Part shown: positions 18,630-29,544 of the stretch, one piece after another
How positions within the stretch are numbered: position 1 is the stretch's first letter
Layout: each line of letters opens with the position of its first letter
Origin: Candidatus Latescibacterota bacterium
Lineage (GTDB): Bacteria > Latescibacterota > UBA2968
Reading direction: 5' to 3'
NCBI GenBank assembly: GCA_965116885.1
Contig: OZ220741.1
Location: 4,064,001-4,128,000, forward strand
DNA length: 64,000 nt
Notes under the pieces: generated by a model
What the model was told of the DNA's origin: nothing
The model's database searches: none
The model's input: the letters and a program-made list of their open reading frames with translations, nothing else
Made by a program: the position numbers and the translations under genes

Positions 18630-20106
18630 TCTCGTCGGTGCTGGGCCGGGCGATCCGGAATTGATAACTGTGAAGGGCCTGCGCCTGATTCGGCAAGCCG
18701 ATGTGATCCTGTATGACGGGTTGGCGAATCCCGAATTTTTGAAGGAAGCGCGGCGGGAATGCGAGTGTATCAATGTGGAAAAACGCCCGGGGTTTCAGCG
18801 CGTGCAGCAAGATGAGATCAATCAGATGATGGTTGATCGTGCCCAAAAAGGGTTGACGGTAGTGCGATTAAAAGGGGGGGACCCCATTGTTTTTGGGCGC
18901 GGTGGCGAGGAAGCTGAAGTTCTGAGAGACAATGAGATTCCGTTTGAGATTGTACCGGGTATTACCAGTGCAATAGCGGCACCTGCTTATGCGGGTATTC
19001 CCGTGACGCATCGCGGTATATCCCCACATGTGACGATTGTAACGGGAACAACGGCTTCGCTTGAAGGAGAAGGAGAAGTTGATTGGGAGGGATTGGCAAA
19101 AGTCGGTGGCACGCTCCTGATTTTGATGGGCACGCAAAAACGCAGTGAAATTGCCCGACGCCTCATCGCGGGGGGACGCCCGCCTGAAACACCCGTTGCA
19201 GCCATACAGTGGGGGTCTTTGCCATTGCAACGGACTGTGAGGACGACGTTGGGGGAGATGGGCGCGGTCGAGATGACTAATCCCGCAGTCATTGTCGTTG
19301 GGAAGGTCGCGGCGATGGATCTGGATTGGTTTGCGTCTAAGCCCTTGTTCGGCAAAACGATTGCTGTTACGCGAGCGCGCACGCAGGCGAGTGAATTGGT
19401 ACAGATGCTGCGGGCGTTGGGGGCGCAAGTGCTGGAAGTGCCGACTATTGCATTTGCCGAGCCCCAAAATTGGCGCGATGTGGATTGTGTTCTTGCAGAT
19501 GTTCATTCTTATGATTGGCTTGTTTTGACAAGTACAAACGGAACCGATCGCTTTTTTGAGCGTCTTTTTAAGCAAGACCGCGATGTGCGCGCATTGGGTG
19601 AGGTAAAAATTGCGACTATTGGCGCAGCGACATCGGATCGGGTGCGCGAGTGGCATCTCAATGTAGATCTCGAAGCGGCAAACCGCACATCAGAAGGCTT
19701 GCTCGCGGCTTTTAGTAAGGATCTTTCAGGCCAGCGTTTTTTGCTACCTCGTCCTGAAAAATCTCGAGATGTGCTCGCTAATAAGCTCCGGGAACGCGGC
19801 GGGGAAGTTCGTGAAGTTGTTGTTTACAAAACGGTTATGCCCGAGTGCTTACCCGAAAAATTTTTACAGCTACTAAGACAAGATGCCATAGACCTGGTCG
19901 CTTTTACGAGTTCTTCTACGGTATTAAATCTGGTGAGTCTGTTAAAAAAGACACGGCAAGATTGGGAATCCTTGCCAGCAGCGTGTATCGGTCCCATCAC
20001 AGCCCGAACTGCAGTTGCGCAGGGATTTGATGTGGTTGTCGAACTCGACGAAACATCGGTATCTATTTCTGGTCTTGTAAAAGCAATTTTAACACATTTT
20101 AGATAA
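18610..20106 (+). CDS. cobA: Bifunctional uroporphyrinogen-III C-methyltransferase/uroporphyrinogen-III synthase (CobA-HemD)
   Basis: VYLVGAGPGDPELIT, RLKGGDP.VFGRGGEE, then VTRAR.QA, FTSSSTV, CIGPITA. Confidence 0.97.
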   Translation: MKTGCVYLVGAGPGDPELITVKGLRLIRQADVILYDGLANPEFLKEARRECECINVEKRPGFQRVQQDEINQMMVDRAQKGLTVVRLKGGDPIVFGRGGEEAEVLRDNEIPFEIVPGITSAIAAPAYAGIPVTHRGISPHVTIVTGTTASLEGEGEVDWEGLAKVGGTLLILMGTQKRSEIARRLIAGGRPPETPVAAIQWGSLPLQRTVRTTLGEMGAVEMTNPAVIVVGKVAAMDLDWFASKPLFGKTIAVTRARTQASELVQMLRALGAQVLEVPTIAFAEPQNWRDVDCVLADVHSYDWLVLTSTNGTDRFFERLFKQDRDVRALGEVKIATIGAATSDRVREWHLNVDLEAANRTSEGLLAAFSKDLSGQRFLLPRPEKSRDVLANKLRERGGEVREVVVYKTVMPECLPEKFLQLLRQDAIDLVAFTSSSTVLNLVSLLKKTRQDWESLPAACIGPITARTAVAQGFDVVVELDETSVSISGLVKAILTHFR

Positions 20107-20115
20107 AAAATGCGG

Positions 20116-20144
20116 TTGACATACCTGCTGGTAAGTAGTAAATT
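20116..20144 (+). promoter_or_regulatory. Sigma-70-type promoter
   Basis: TTGACA-17 bp-TAAATT upstream of RBS AGGAGG and ATG 20191. Confidence 0.65.
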
Positions 20145-20190
20145 TATATAGATGAAGTGCAAACACTTTCATACAATAGGAGGAAGCGTT

Positions 20191-20997
20191 ATGAAACGTT
20201 TGATTATTGCAACCTGTTTAGGGCTGGGACTGGTTGGCTCGGCCATTGCCGGACCCCTGACGCAGGGTATAGTATTTACGGGCGGTGAAAATAGCCTGGC
20301 AAGTCTGGTGCTGCAACGCACGCAAAATATTGTTGCTGAAGATGGCGTTTTGAAGTTGCAGGTCGCTATCAATCACGCACAGAAATTGAAGGGGTATGGC
20401 TTTGTACTGCAGTACGATCAATCCAAGTATGAATTTGTCGAAGCGCGCCAGGTTGATCAAAACCTGCTCGATGCGAACAGTGGACAACCCGCGCTATTTC
20501 TCGCGTCGAACAAGACGCCAGGGCAAGTGGCTGTTGGCGCGATGAAGGTCGATGGTCAAGCTGTCAGCGGCGATGGCGGGTTGGTTGAGTTTACGTTTAA
20601 AACCACACAGACGCCTCTTGCTTCTGACTTTCAGATCCTCGACGGTGTGATGGTTGATTTGGCTGGCGGTATTGATGCGATTACCAATATTGAAATTGGT
20701 GCCCTCAAGCCCATGCCGAGAGATTACGCCCTTGGACAAAATGTCCCGAATCCTTTTAACCCTTCCACGACAATTGAATATCGGTTGCCCGAAGCAGGTG
20801 ATGTTCTACTGGTGATTTACAATTTGCTCGGACAGGAGGTTCGCACCTTAGTTCGAGAGTCGATGGATGCGGGTTTTCACTCGGTCGTTTGGGATGGCAC
20901 GGATGAATTTGGCAAGCAAGTTGCCAGTGGGATTTACATTTATCGCATGTCAGTGGCCGATTTTACCCAGGTTCAGCGCATGATGTTGCTGAAGTAA
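20191..20997 (+). CDS. Secreted cohesin-like domain protein with FlgD-Ig/T9SS-like C-terminal domain
   Basis: Signal peptide; LKGYGFVLQYD...GDGGLVEFTF cohesin-like pattern; QNVPNPFNPSTTI...IYNLLGQEV...WDG...SGIYIYR. Confidence 0.8.
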   Translation: MKRLIIATCLGLGLVGSAIAGPLTQGIVFTGGENSLASLVLQRTQNIVAEDGVLKLQVAINHAQKLKGYGFVLQYDQSKYEFVEARQVDQNLLDANSGQPALFLASNKTPGQVAVGAMKVDGQAVSGDGGLVEFTFKTTQTPLASDFQILDGVMVDLAGGIDAITNIEIGALKPMPRDYALGQNVPNPFNPSTTIEYRLPEAGDVLLVIYNLLGQEVRTLVRESMDAGFHSVVWDGTDEFGKQVASGIYIYRMSVADFTQVQRMMLLK

Positions 20998-21054
20998 TGG
21001 GCGCATTCGGAAAGGGTATAGCTGGTAAGTGAACTTTCGGTCAGTTCATTTTCG

Positions 21055-21086
21055 AGGCCGCTTCTTTTGAGGCGGCCTTTCTTTTT
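21055..21086 (+). terminator. Intrinsic terminator
   Basis: aggccgcttc-tttt-gaggcggcct followed by a T-rich tail. Confidence 0.75.
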
Positions 21087-21100
21087 GGAAAGGGAGTAGC

Positions 21101-22147
21101 ATGATTCGCGTTGGACTGGTGGGCTATGGTTTGGGGGGGAAAGTCTTCCACGCACAATTGGTACAGATGGCCCCTGAACTCGAACTCTACGCGGTTTGTT
21201 CGCGTTCGGTAGAGAAACGCCAGGATGCAGAGGGTGATTTTCCACAGATCGTGACGTATGACACTTTTGACGCGCTATTGGAAGATGACAATATCGATCT
21301 CGTTGTGTTGGCGACACCGCACGACACGCACGCACCGATGGCTATTCGGGCAATGGACGCGGGCAAACATCTCGTAACAGATAAAATTATGTGTTTGAAT
21401 GAGTCCGAAGCGCTATCAATGATTGAAGCGTCTGAGCGCAATCAGGTGCTTTTGAGTGTGTATCAAAATCGGCGATGGGACGGCGATTTTTTGACGTTGC
21501 AACACATACTTGCAGAAGGAATACTGGGCGATATTTATACAATTGAGTCCAATATCACAACTTATGGCGGACCGCATGTCGGATGGCGTGCCTGGAAAAA
21601 ATACGGCGGAGGACGCGTACTCGATTGGGGAGCACATCTGGTCGATCAAGCTCTCAGACTTTACGGTCCGACAGTTGAAACCGTTTTTGCTGATTTGCAA
21701 TATCGCTATCCCAAAGACGAGGCCGATGTTGAGGCTCTATCTCTGATTCACCTGAGATTTGCAAATGGCGTGCGATATTTTATCGAATTGGGCACCGCGT
21801 GGATGTATGCCAAGCCGCGCTATCATGTGCGCGGCGCGCTCGGAAGTTTCAGAAAATACGGCATAGATCCTCAAGAAGCAGCGATGAAGTCGGGCGTTTT
21901 TGGCGTACCCGTTCCAGAAGACCCTGCGCGTTACCAGTTGCGCGTTATCAATGAGCGCGGACAAACCGTAGAGTCCCCCGTCTCACCCATGTTTGGCAGC
22001 TATCGCACGTATTACGATAATGTGGGTGCGGCACTTGTACATGGAGAAGAATTGCTGGTCAAACCCGAGGAATGTTTAGAGGCCATTCGCGTGATTGATG
22101 CAATCAGGCTGTCGGCAGAACGAGAAGAGGTTGTTAAGCTAATATAG
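21101..22147 (+). CDS. Gfo/Idh/MocA oxidoreductase (IolW/YdgJ-like)
   Basis: GLVGYGLGGKVFH, QNRRWDGDF, DWGAHLVDQ, KYGIDPQE. Confidence 0.92.
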   Translation: MIRVGLVGYGLGGKVFHAQLVQMAPELELYAVCSRSVEKRQDAEGDFPQIVTYDTFDALLEDDNIDLVVLATPHDTHAPMAIRAMDAGKHLVTDKIMCLNESEALSMIEASERNQVLLSVYQNRRWDGDFLTLQHILAEGILGDIYTIESNITTYGGPHVGWRAWKKYGGGRVLDWGAHLVDQALRLYGPTVETVFADLQYRYPKDEADVEALSLIHLRFANGVRYFIELGTAWMYAKPRYHVRGALGSFRKYGIDPQEAAMKSGVFGVPVPEDPARYQLRVINERGQTVESPVSPMFGSYRTYYDNVGAALVHGEELLVKPEECLEAIRVIDAIRLSAEREEVVKLI

Positions 22148-22161
22148 GAAAGGGTCGTTTT

Positions 22162-22317
22162 ATGGTGTGGGGTATTGTATTATTTGTCATTTTTACGGGT
22201 TGTTATCTCGGGCAGTGCGTTTCTTCTGGCCTGGGTGAAAAGCGCGGCTGGTCATTACAGTGGATATGTTGGTTGATCACGAGTTTGACAATTTTGATCT
22301 GCTATTTCATTGTTTAG
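22162..22317 (+). CDS. 51-aa small membrane protein (below the ORF-track cut-off)
   Basis: AGGAAAGG RBS; MVWGIVLFVIFTGCYLGQCVSSGLGEKRGWSLQWICWLITSLTILICYFIV*; two hydrophobic segments; stop overlaps the next start. Confidence 0.55.
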   Translation: MVWGIVLFVIFTGCYLGQCVSSGLGEKRGWSLQWICWLITSLTILICYFIV

Positions 22318-22807
22318 GGCCAAAACTGTGTTGTTTTGCGAATTAAAACGCCATCTCGACAAGCCCGATGAAATATATATGTGCGATTTGGTTGCCCGTG
22401 GCACAGATTGGCTGGTTTTGTCTTATGTGTCAAACCGCGCCTGGGAATTCGCTGGCACCCACCTGCCTGCTGGTTCCCAAACGCTGGCGTTTTACCAAAC
22501 GGGGGTTGCACATGTCCTGTGGCGAATGTGTGCCCCTTCAGGTGATCTGAAGGGGCATTTGTTTCATATTTGTCGAGATGTACAGGTGGAAGAACGCAGG
22601 GTTAGTTATTTGGATCTGCTTTTGGATATATGGATAGATTCCGATGGTGTTGTCGAGGTGTTAGACCGAGAAGATGTGGATATGTGTTATAGAGAAGGAA
22701 AACTGTGTGAAGCCGATCTGAAATCCATAGCGGCAGAAGAGAAACGGATTGTGGCGCACTGGCCCGCACTGGTGCGCGAAATGGGCGAGCTATTATGCGA
22801 CCTATAA
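22310..22807 (+). CDS. DUF402-family protein
   Basis: YLDLLLDIWI....VEVLDRED motif. Confidence 0.75.
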   Translation: MFRAKTVLFCELKRHLDKPDEIYMCDLVARGTDWLVLSYVSNRAWEFAGTHLPAGSQTLAFYQTGVAHVLWRMCAPSGDLKGHLFHICRDVQVEERRVSYLDLLLDIWIDSDGVVEVLDREDVDMCYREGKLCEADLKSIAAEEKRIVAHWPALVREMGELLCDL

Positions 22808-23689
22808 TGATTTCTTTTTTTCTTCGAGCAGTGGGATGAGTTCTCTGAGATATTTGCGAAAATCTTTGGCAATAGCCGGATGGCTGAGGGAAAAGACCAC
22901 TGAGGTTTTGAGATAGGATAGCAGGTCGCCCACCGTATGCCATTCCCCTTCGATGGCGCATGCGTACACAGCCCGGGATTGGCTCATCAATTCAATGGCG
23001 TCGGTGAGCTGATATTCTCCATTTTCGGCAGGTTCGATCTGTTCGAGGAAGTCAAAAATTTCGGGTCCAAAGATATAGCGCCCCAGCGTCGCGAGATTTG
23101 ATGGTGCTTTTGCAGGATCGGGTTTCTCAACGAGCCCCTCAACGAGATAGACATCGTTTATGCGTTTGGCTTTAATAGCGCCATAGCTGCTGATGCGTTC
23201 TTGCGGTACTTCTTTGACCGCGAGGATCGAGCTATTATACTTTTCGTAGTGATCGATCATTTGCCCAATGCAAGGGCGTTCTGAAACGACGAGGTCGTCG
23301 CCGTAAAGAACGGCAAAGGGTTCGTCGCCAATATGTTTGCGAGCTTTGAGAACAGCGTGTCCTGTACCCAACTGATCTTTTTGCCGCACGTAGTGGATGT
23401 CGGCCAGTTGTTCGATTCGATCAAGGGTCTCGAGCATTTTCCCATCTGCGCGTTCATGCAATGCATGGGCGATTTCGATATTGCGATCAAAGTGGTCTTC
23501 AATTGCGCGTTTCCCCCGGCCCGTGATGATCAAGATATCTTCGATACCCGAATTGACGAGTTCCTCAATGATGTACTGAATTGCCGGCTTGTCAACAATG
23601 GGCATCATTTCTTTGGGCAGAGCCTTAGTGGCGGGCAGCATGCGGCTACCGTGCCCCGCTGCGGGAATTACTGCTTTCCGAATTTTCAA
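22802..23689 (-). CDS. galU: UTP-glucose-1-phosphate uridylyltransferase
   Basis: KAVIPAAGHGSRMLPATKALPKEM, VEKP, EYQLTDA; TTG start after GGAGG. Confidence 0.97.
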   Translation of the reverse strand: MKIRKAVIPAAGHGSRMLPATKALPKEMMPIVDKPAIQYIIEELVNSGIEDILIITGRGKRAIEDHFDRNIEIAHALHERADGKMLETLDRIEQLADIHYVRQKDQLGTGHAVLKARKHIGDEPFAVLYGDDLVVSERPCIGQMIDHYEKYNSSILAVKEVPQERISSYGAIKAKRINDVYLVEGLVEKPDPAKAPSNLATLGRYIFGPEIFDFLEQIEPAENGEYQLTDAIELMSQSRAVYACAIEGEWHTVGDLLSYLKTSVVFSLSHPAIAKDFRKYLRELIPLLEEKKKSL

Positions 23690-23795
23690 CAGGACCTCCA
23701 ATACCGAGATTTGTCAAATGATCTGAATGACAAATTTCAGATTACCAGAAAGAAATGTCAAGGATATTTTCCCACAACATATTGTCTCTCGTTAC

Positions 23796-23824
23796 TTGAC
23801 TTTATTTTTTTAAAGAGTTATTAT
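23796..23824 (+). promoter_or_regulatory. Sigma-70-type promoter of mreBC
   Basis: TTGACT-17 bp-TATTAT. Confidence 0.6.
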
Positions 23825-23955
23825 GTCGTCTTCTCGCTGCCATTCAACGTTTTTCCGACAGGCAGTTGTGAATACCGAGAAATACAGACCAATTTTTTTA
23901 ACTAATTTTGCCGGATTATTGTTCGCTTTATCAATTCCTGGGAGATACTTCAGCT

Positions 23956-24975
23956 ATGGCCTTTTGGTTTTCGAACTTGTTTTCTAATGATATTGGTATT
24001 GATCTGGGAACTGCCAATACACTGATTTATGTCAAAGGGCAGGGCATTGTGATCAATGAACCTTCAATTGTAGCCCTTGAACGTCATACGCGCAAGCCGC
24101 TGGCCATTGGTGCTCAGGCCAAAGAAATGCTTGGGCGCGAAAAACCAGATATAGAGGTGGTGCGCCCGCTCCGCGATGGCGTTATCGCCGATTTTGATGT
24201 GACTGAGGAAATGCTGCGTTTTTTTATTTCTAAAGTACAAAAAAATAAACTGCTGGTCAGGCCACGCGTTGTGATTTGTGTGCCTTCTGGTGTTACACCT
24301 GTTGAGATGCGCGCTGTAAGCGAGGCTGCCGACCGCGCAGGTGCCCGCGAAGTTTATTTGATAAAAGAGCCCATGGCGGCTGCGATTGGCGTTGGGTTGC
24401 CTATAGAAGATGCGGTGGGTTCTATGGTGGTTGATATTGGTGGTGGAACAACGGAGATCGCGGTAATCGCACTGTCTGGCATTGTGACGTCCAGATCGAT
24501 TAAAACAGCGGGCGATGAATTGACAGAAGTCATTGTGCAATTTCTCAAACGCAAACACAACCTGCTGGTGGGAAGCCGCAGTGCAGAGCAAATCAAGTGT
24601 GCTATTGGTACTGCTGTGGGACTTGAGGAAGAACTGCAACATATGTGCCGTGGTCTGGAGATGGTGCAAGCAATTCCCAGAGTTATTAATGTCCATTCAA
24701 AAGAAATCAGGGAGGCATTGGCCGGTTCGGTAAATGCGATCGTTAACGCTGTGCGCCGAACACTTGAGCAGACACCCCCCGAATTAGCCGCTGACATTCT
24801 CGACAATGGCATAATTTTGACAGGGGGAGGGGCATTATTGCGCGGGCTGGATCGGCGATTGGTCAATGAGACTGGTTTGCCCGTTATGGTAGCCGATGAT
24901 CCATTGACCTGTGTGGTGCGAGGTACGGGGAAAGTGCTTGAAAATATCCAGGGATACAGAAACGTTTTGGTATAG
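23956..24975 (+). CDS. mreB: Rod shape-determining protein MreB
   Basis: IDLGTANT, EPMAAAIG, VDIGGGTTE, LTGGGALL. Confidence 0.98.
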   Translation: MAFWFSNLFSNDIGIDLGTANTLIYVKGQGIVINEPSIVALERHTRKPLAIGAQAKEMLGREKPDIEVVRPLRDGVIADFDVTEEMLRFFISKVQKNKLLVRPRVVICVPSGVTPVEMRAVSEAADRAGAREVYLIKEPMAAAIGVGLPIEDAVGSMVVDIGGGTTEIAVIALSGIVTSRSIKTAGDELTEVIVQFLKRKHNLLVGSRSAEQIKCAIGTAVGLEEELQHMCRGLEMVQAIPRVINVHSKEIREALAGSVNAIVNAVRRTLEQTPPELAADILDNGIILTGGGALLRGLDRRLVNETGLPVMVADDPLTCVVRGTGKVLENIQGYRNVLV

Positions 24976-24977
24976 CG

Positions 24978-25784
24978 ATGCAACGAATTCGTGTTTTTTT
25001 ACGTGTTCATCGTAAGGGCGTTGTGCTGAGTGTTGCGATTTTTGCGTCGTTGATATTGATGTTGTTCGATTCCTCAATACAGACGCGATTTCCACACAGT
25101 ATTGTTCTTGGGTCGATGTCTATTGGGCACCGTATCTTTGCCTGGCCAATGGGACTTTCATCGCTGCGATACGAAAATGAGGCTCTGCGCGATCAAAATT
25201 TGCGCCTTTCCCTCGAATTGCTCAAACTCAGAGAGGCTCAACTTGAAAATGCACGCCTCCATGCCTTGTTGCATTTCAAGTCGCAGCAGGCGGCTGAAAA
25301 ATCTTATATCGTTGCGCGGGTGATTGCACGCAATCCCGCGCGAATTGCAAATACGATATTGATTGATGCCGGTGCAGATGAAGGGATACAGGCCCGCATG
25401 CCTGTTGTGACTGCGGATGGGTTGGTGGGGCGTATCATGGAAGTACACGGATATACTGCTATTGTGCAGTTGCTCATAGATCACAACTGTCGGGTCAGTG
25501 CCGTGGTGCAGCGACACAGTCGCGTAAGTGGTATTGTGTCTTTTGAGGATGGGACATTCTATCTGAAAAATGTGTCGCTTCGGGGGGATATTAAAGTCGA
25601 CGATCTGGTCGTATCGTCCGGTTTGGGGGAAATGTTTCCCAAAGGGCTTTACGTGGGGCAGGTCGTCAAAGTAGGAGATGAAGCACAGGGTTTGTTTAGA
25701 GAGGTCATTTTGGCACCGGGCGTAAATTTCCACAATTTAGAGGAAGTTTTTGTGCTAAAGACCAATTCACAGATTAATAATTAA
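24978..25784 (+). CDS. mreC: Rod shape-determining protein MreC
   Basis: TM helix plus coiled coil (ENARL), GLVGRI, SSGLG..FPKG; follows mreB. Confidence 0.95.
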   Translation: MQRIRVFLRVHRKGVVLSVAIFASLILMLFDSSIQTRFPHSIVLGSMSIGHRIFAWPMGLSSLRYENEALRDQNLRLSLELLKLREAQLENARLHALLHFKSQQAAEKSYIVARVIARNPARIANTILIDAGADEGIQARMPVVTADGLVGRIMEVHGYTAIVQLLIDHNCRVSAVVQRHSRVSGIVSFEDGTFYLKNVSLRGDIKVDDLVVSSGLGEMFPKGLYVGQVVKVGDEAQGLFREVILAPGVNFHNLEEVFVLKTNSQINN

Positions 25785-25788
25785 AGTG

Positions 25789-27267
25789 TTACAATTGAAT
25801 CGATTTTTTGAGCTCCCTGAGGGCAGTGCCTTCGGGGGATTTTTTGTAGTAGGTATCCAGCGGAAAGCAGCCCGATATCATACCATTTCGGGGGGCTGTG
25901 GTGCAGTCGCTGAAGGTTCGACAGAGTTTGCGTTTGGACGCTTCTCCTTTTTGGAGTACATCTACGGGCAAGTCGGGATAAGATAGCACCATGCGCCCCA
26001 GGCCGATAAAATCTACCTTGCCATCGCGCACGAGCGTTTGAGCAACATGGGGCAAAAATTCCTGAAGATAGGAATAAGCCGTGCCGACGATGAGCAAATC
26101 GGAAAATTGTTTTTTGATTTGCGCCGTAATGTCAACTTGACGAGCAACGCCCACGAGTGGGTCTTCGGGGGGTTGATAGCCATCAGAAGGGGGGAAATAA
26201 GCGGGCCTCTGAATGTGGGGATTGTAGTAGGGACTGCCGGCTGAGAGGTTGACAAGCAAAATGTCGAGTTCGCGCAGCAATTCGAGGAAACGACAGGTTT
26301 CGGCGATATTTGCGGCGATGGGATTGTCTTCATCGATACCAAAGCCGTATTTATAGGGCAGGTAGTCGGAAAAATCCTCGGGAATGCCGGGTCCGAGTTT
26401 TTTGCCTTCGGATTGTTCAGGGTCGGGATAAAAAGGCACAAAGTCGAATGCGCTGAGGCGCACACCGATTTTGAGATCGGGACAATCGGCGCGAATGCCC
26501 GCGACGATTTCGCGAAGAAATCGGGTTCGGTTCTCAAATGAGCCACCATAAGGTCCCGGTCGGGTAAAGGCACTCAAAAATTCGTGGCCGATATAACCGT
26601 GGCAGTGTTTGACATCGACAAATTGATACCCGAGATCACACGCCATGCGCGCGGCGCTGTGATAGTCGTCAATCAGGCTTTTGATTTCGCTGTCGGACAG
26701 CACTGGGGCGTCTGAGTCAATGCCAAATTTACGGTCGAGGATCGGATGGCGATACACAATGCGGGGTTCGAGTTTGATTTTGTCATTGGGTCTGCAAAAA
26801 CGGCCTGAGTGGGTCAATTGAAGACCAATGAGAAGGTCATCGGTGTCGCCGATATGTGTGCGGTGTGCCGATAGGAGTTCTTCGCGGAGTTTGCCCAGAC
26901 CTGCTTTGGTATGTTCGGCTGCAAAGAGTTGATTGGGATTTGCGCGTCCTTCGGGGCGCACGGCAACCGCTTCGCCGCCCCATATCAATTTTGCACCGCT
27001 CAGCCCAAAATTGTGCCATCGCCGAAGCGTATGTTCCGAGGGATTGCCATCAATTTCGCCATCCCAGCCTTCCATGGGATGGATACAGAAGCGATTGCCA
27101 ATGCGAAAGCCCTGACACTCGCTTGTTTGGGCAAGTGGTGATTCTGGTGCCTTGAGAATTTCGTCATCGCAGGGGAGGTCAATCCCCAGGCTATTGACAT
27201 GTGCTTTGAATGATTCGACAGTTTTGTGATGTCCGATGCGCTGGTATTTTGCCAGAGGCATTGGCAC
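25789..27267 (-). CDS. NADH:flavin oxidoreductase (Old Yellow Enzyme family)
   Basis: [35 protein letters not shown]-terminal CRTFSDC. Confidence 0.9.
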   Translation of the reverse strand: MPMPLAKYQRIGHHKTVESFKAHVNSLGIDLPCDDEILKAPESPLAQTSECQGFRIGNRFCIHPMEGWDGEIDGNPSEHTLRRWHNFGLSGAKLIWGGEAVAVRPEGRANPNQLFAAEHTKAGLGKLREELLSAHRTHIGDTDDLLIGLQLTHSGRFCRPNDKIKLEPRIVYRHPILDRKFGIDSDAPVLSDSEIKSLIDDYHSAARMACDLGYQFVDVKHCHGYIGHEFLSAFTRPGPYGGSFENRTRFLREIVAGIRADCPDLKIGVRLSAFDFVPFYPDPEQSEGKKLGPGIPEDFSDYLPYKYGFGIDEDNPIAANIAETCRFLELLRELDILLVNLSAGSPYYNPHIQRPAYFPPSDGYQPPEDPLVGVARQVDITAQIKKQFSDLLIVGTAYSYLQEFLPHVAQTLVRDGKVDFIGLGRMVLSYPDLPVDVLQKGEASKRKLCRTFSDCTTAPRNGMISGCFPLDTYYKKSPEGTALRELKKSIQL

Positions 27268-27360
27268 TCCTTGGGCGAAATGGTTTGCATTATGTGTTTT
27301 AGAAAGCTATGAATATACCAAAGGATGTTTTGGGAAGCAATGTTTCTGAAAGGAGTCATT

Positions 27361-28329
27361 ATGGCAGTGGAAGATTATGTACAGATTGTGGTACCTGGCG
27401 ATGAGCCGGTACAGATTGCGGGATCACCCCATCTCGAGCAATTGGCAAATTACGGCAATGTGGTGCTTTACGATACGCGACCTGAGTCATCAGAAGAAAA
27501 GATCGAACGGGTAAGGGACGCCGATGTGATTATGAACACACGCGGTGCTGTGACGTGGGGGGAACAAGAGTTTAGCCAATTGCCAAAGTTGAAAATGATT
27601 ACGACGTGTTCTATTGGCACAGATATGTTTGATCTGGAGGCCGCAAAAAAGTATGGCGTTGTGATTTGCAACCAGCCGGGAAGAACAGCACCGGTTGTGG
27701 CAGAGCACATGTTTGGACTGATGTTTGCCGTTGCAAAACGCGCTGCATATTTAACCACAGAAATGAAAAAGGGAGGCTGGCCCCGGCGGGATAATGTGAT
27801 GCTTCAGGGCAAGACCTTGGGGATTATTGGTGCGGGCAATATTGGTGCTGAGATGGCGCGACTTGCCCAGGCGATTGGGATGGAGGTGATTGCGTGGACA
27901 TTTCATCCGTCACCTGAGCGCGCGGAAAAACTCGGCGTGCGATTTGTCGAGTTAGACACGCTGCTCGAAACTTCTGATGTCGTCAGTTTGCACGTGGCGT
28001 TGACAGATGATACCAGGGGAATGGTCGGCGAGGCCGAGTTGGAAAAGATGAAAGCCGGTGCCCTATTGCTGAATGGCGCGCGCGGTGCGATAGTGGATAC
28101 GGACGCACTGGTCAATGCGTTAAACAGTGGGCATATCGGCGGAGCGGGCATCGATGTGTATGAAGAAGAACCGACACCGCCCGATTATCCCCTCTTCGCA
28201 TGTGAACAGGTGGTGCTTACGCCGCATTGTGCCGATATGACGCCAGAAGGTGTCGATCTGCTCAATAGCGGCGCAGTGGAGAATGTGATCGCATTTTTGG
28301 AGGGGCGGACGCGAAATGCGGTGACTTAA
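27361..28329 (+). CDS. D-isomer-specific 2-hydroxyacid dehydrogenase
   Basis: VAEH, GIIGAGNIG, NGARGAIVD, IDVYEEEP, LTPH. Confidence 0.93.
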   Translation: MAVEDYVQIVVPGDEPVQIAGSPHLEQLANYGNVVLYDTRPESSEEKIERVRDADVIMNTRGAVTWGEQEFSQLPKLKMITTCSIGTDMFDLEAAKKYGVVICNQPGRTAPVVAEHMFGLMFAVAKRAAYLTTEMKKGGWPRRDNVMLQGKTLGIIGAGNIGAEMARLAQAIGMEVIAWTFHPSPERAEKLGVRFVELDTLLETSDVVSLHVALTDDTRGMVGEAELEKMKAGALLLNGARGAIVDTDALVNALNSGHIGGAGIDVYEEEPTPPDYPLFACEQVVLTPHCADMTPEGVDLLNSGAVENVIAFLEGRTRNAVT

Positions 28330-28370
28330 AAGTATCCGCAGATGGCGCAGTTTTTGTTGAGCCTATCGCA

Positions 28371-29456
28371 TTATTTCGCTTCGATATACCCCTCTCGAGT
28401 CAGGAGTTCGGCCATCAGGACAGCACCCCCAGCTGCACCGCGTACCGTATTGTGACTGAGGGCGATAAATTTGTAATCGAAGAGATTGTCTTCGCGGAGG
28501 CGACCGAGTGTAATACCCATGCCATTTTCCGCATCGCGGTCTAAGCGCGTCTGCGGGCGGTCATCGCCTTCGATGTACGCGAGAAATGTTTTGGGCGAGG
28601 AGGGCAGCCCTGTAGCTCTGCGGTCTCCTGCGTAGTCTTGCCAGCGAGAGAGGATGTCCTTTGCCGTGGGGTTTTTGTCAAAGGATACAGATACGGCTGC
28701 CATGTGTCCATCTGTGACGGGAATCCGAACGCATTGGGCTGAAATGATCGGACTGCGGCTGGGCACAATTTCATCCTTGACGATTTTGCCCCAAATTTTG
28801 TGGGGTTCGTTTTCGCTTTTGTCTTCTTCACCACCGATATAGGGGATGATATTGTCTATCATTTCTGGCCATGTTTCAAAGGTTTTACCCGCACCGGAAA
28901 TGGCCTGATAAGTGCATATAGAGGCGCTGGAAGGCCCAAATTCTGACAATGCGTGAAAAGCCGGCACATAAGGCTGAATAGAGCAATTGGGTTTTACGGC
29001 AATAAAACCGCGTTGGGCACCCAGGCGTTTGCGCTGCTCCGGGATGATTTCGGCGTGCTCTGGATTGATTTCTGGCATAAGAATGGGCACGTCGGGGGTC
29101 CAGCGGTGCGCCGAATTATTGGAGATCACTGGCGTTTCGGCTTTTGCATAAGCTTCTTCGAGTTTGTAAATCTCTTCTTTTTCCATGTCGAGCGCACAGC
29201 AGACGAAATCGACCTGTGATGTGATAGCCTCAATTTCGTGTACGTTCTGTACGACGAGGTTGGATACTGTTGTGGGTATGACAATATCGCATTGCGTCCA
29301 TCGGCCTTTTACGGCTTCTCGATAGGTTTTTCCGGCAGAGCGCGGGCTGGCGGCAACGACGGTGACTTCATACCAGGGATGATCGGCGAGCAATGTGACA
29401 AAGCGCTGCCCGACCATGCCGGTTGCGCCGAGAACTCCTACTTTGAGTCTGGACAT
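28371..29456 (-). CDS. asd: Aspartate-semialdehyde dehydrogenase
   Basis: GATGMVGQ, KPNCS, YQAISGAG, SHNTVRGAAG. Confidence 0.97.
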   Translation of the reverse strand: MSRLKVGVLGATGMVGQRFVTLLADHPWYEVTVVAASPRSAGKTYREAVKGRWTQCDIVIPTTVSNLVVQNVHEIEAITSQVDFVCCALDMEKEEIYKLEEAYAKAETPVISNNSAHRWTPDVPILMPEINPEHAEIIPEQRKRLGAQRGFIAVKPNCSIQPYVPAFHALSEFGPSSASICTYQAISGAGKTFETWPEMIDNIIPYIGGEEDKSENEPHKIWGKIVKDEIVPSRSPIISAQCVRIPVTDGHMAAVSVSFDKNPTAKDILSRWQDYAGDRRATGLPSSPKTFLAYIEGDDRPQTRLDRDAENGMGITLGRLREDNLFDYKFIALSHNTVRGAAGGAVLMAELLTREGYIEAK

Positions 29457-29479
29457 CGATTTTTCCTTTCTGCGGATCT

Positions 29480-29524
29480 AAATAAAAAAACAGTCGGTTG
29501 CCAGAGTAGAAGCACGCCGACTGC
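29480..29524 (-). terminator. Riboswitch expression-platform terminator
   Basis: Minus strand gcagtcgg...ccgactg followed by tttttttattt. Confidence 0.85.
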
Positions 29525-29544
29525 ATTATTGCAGAAACAGCCTA

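Noticed and set aside
23956..25784. mreBC without mreD/pbp2/rodA as a novelty
   Set aside because: Split mre clusters are common; the missing genes may lie elsewhere in the genome
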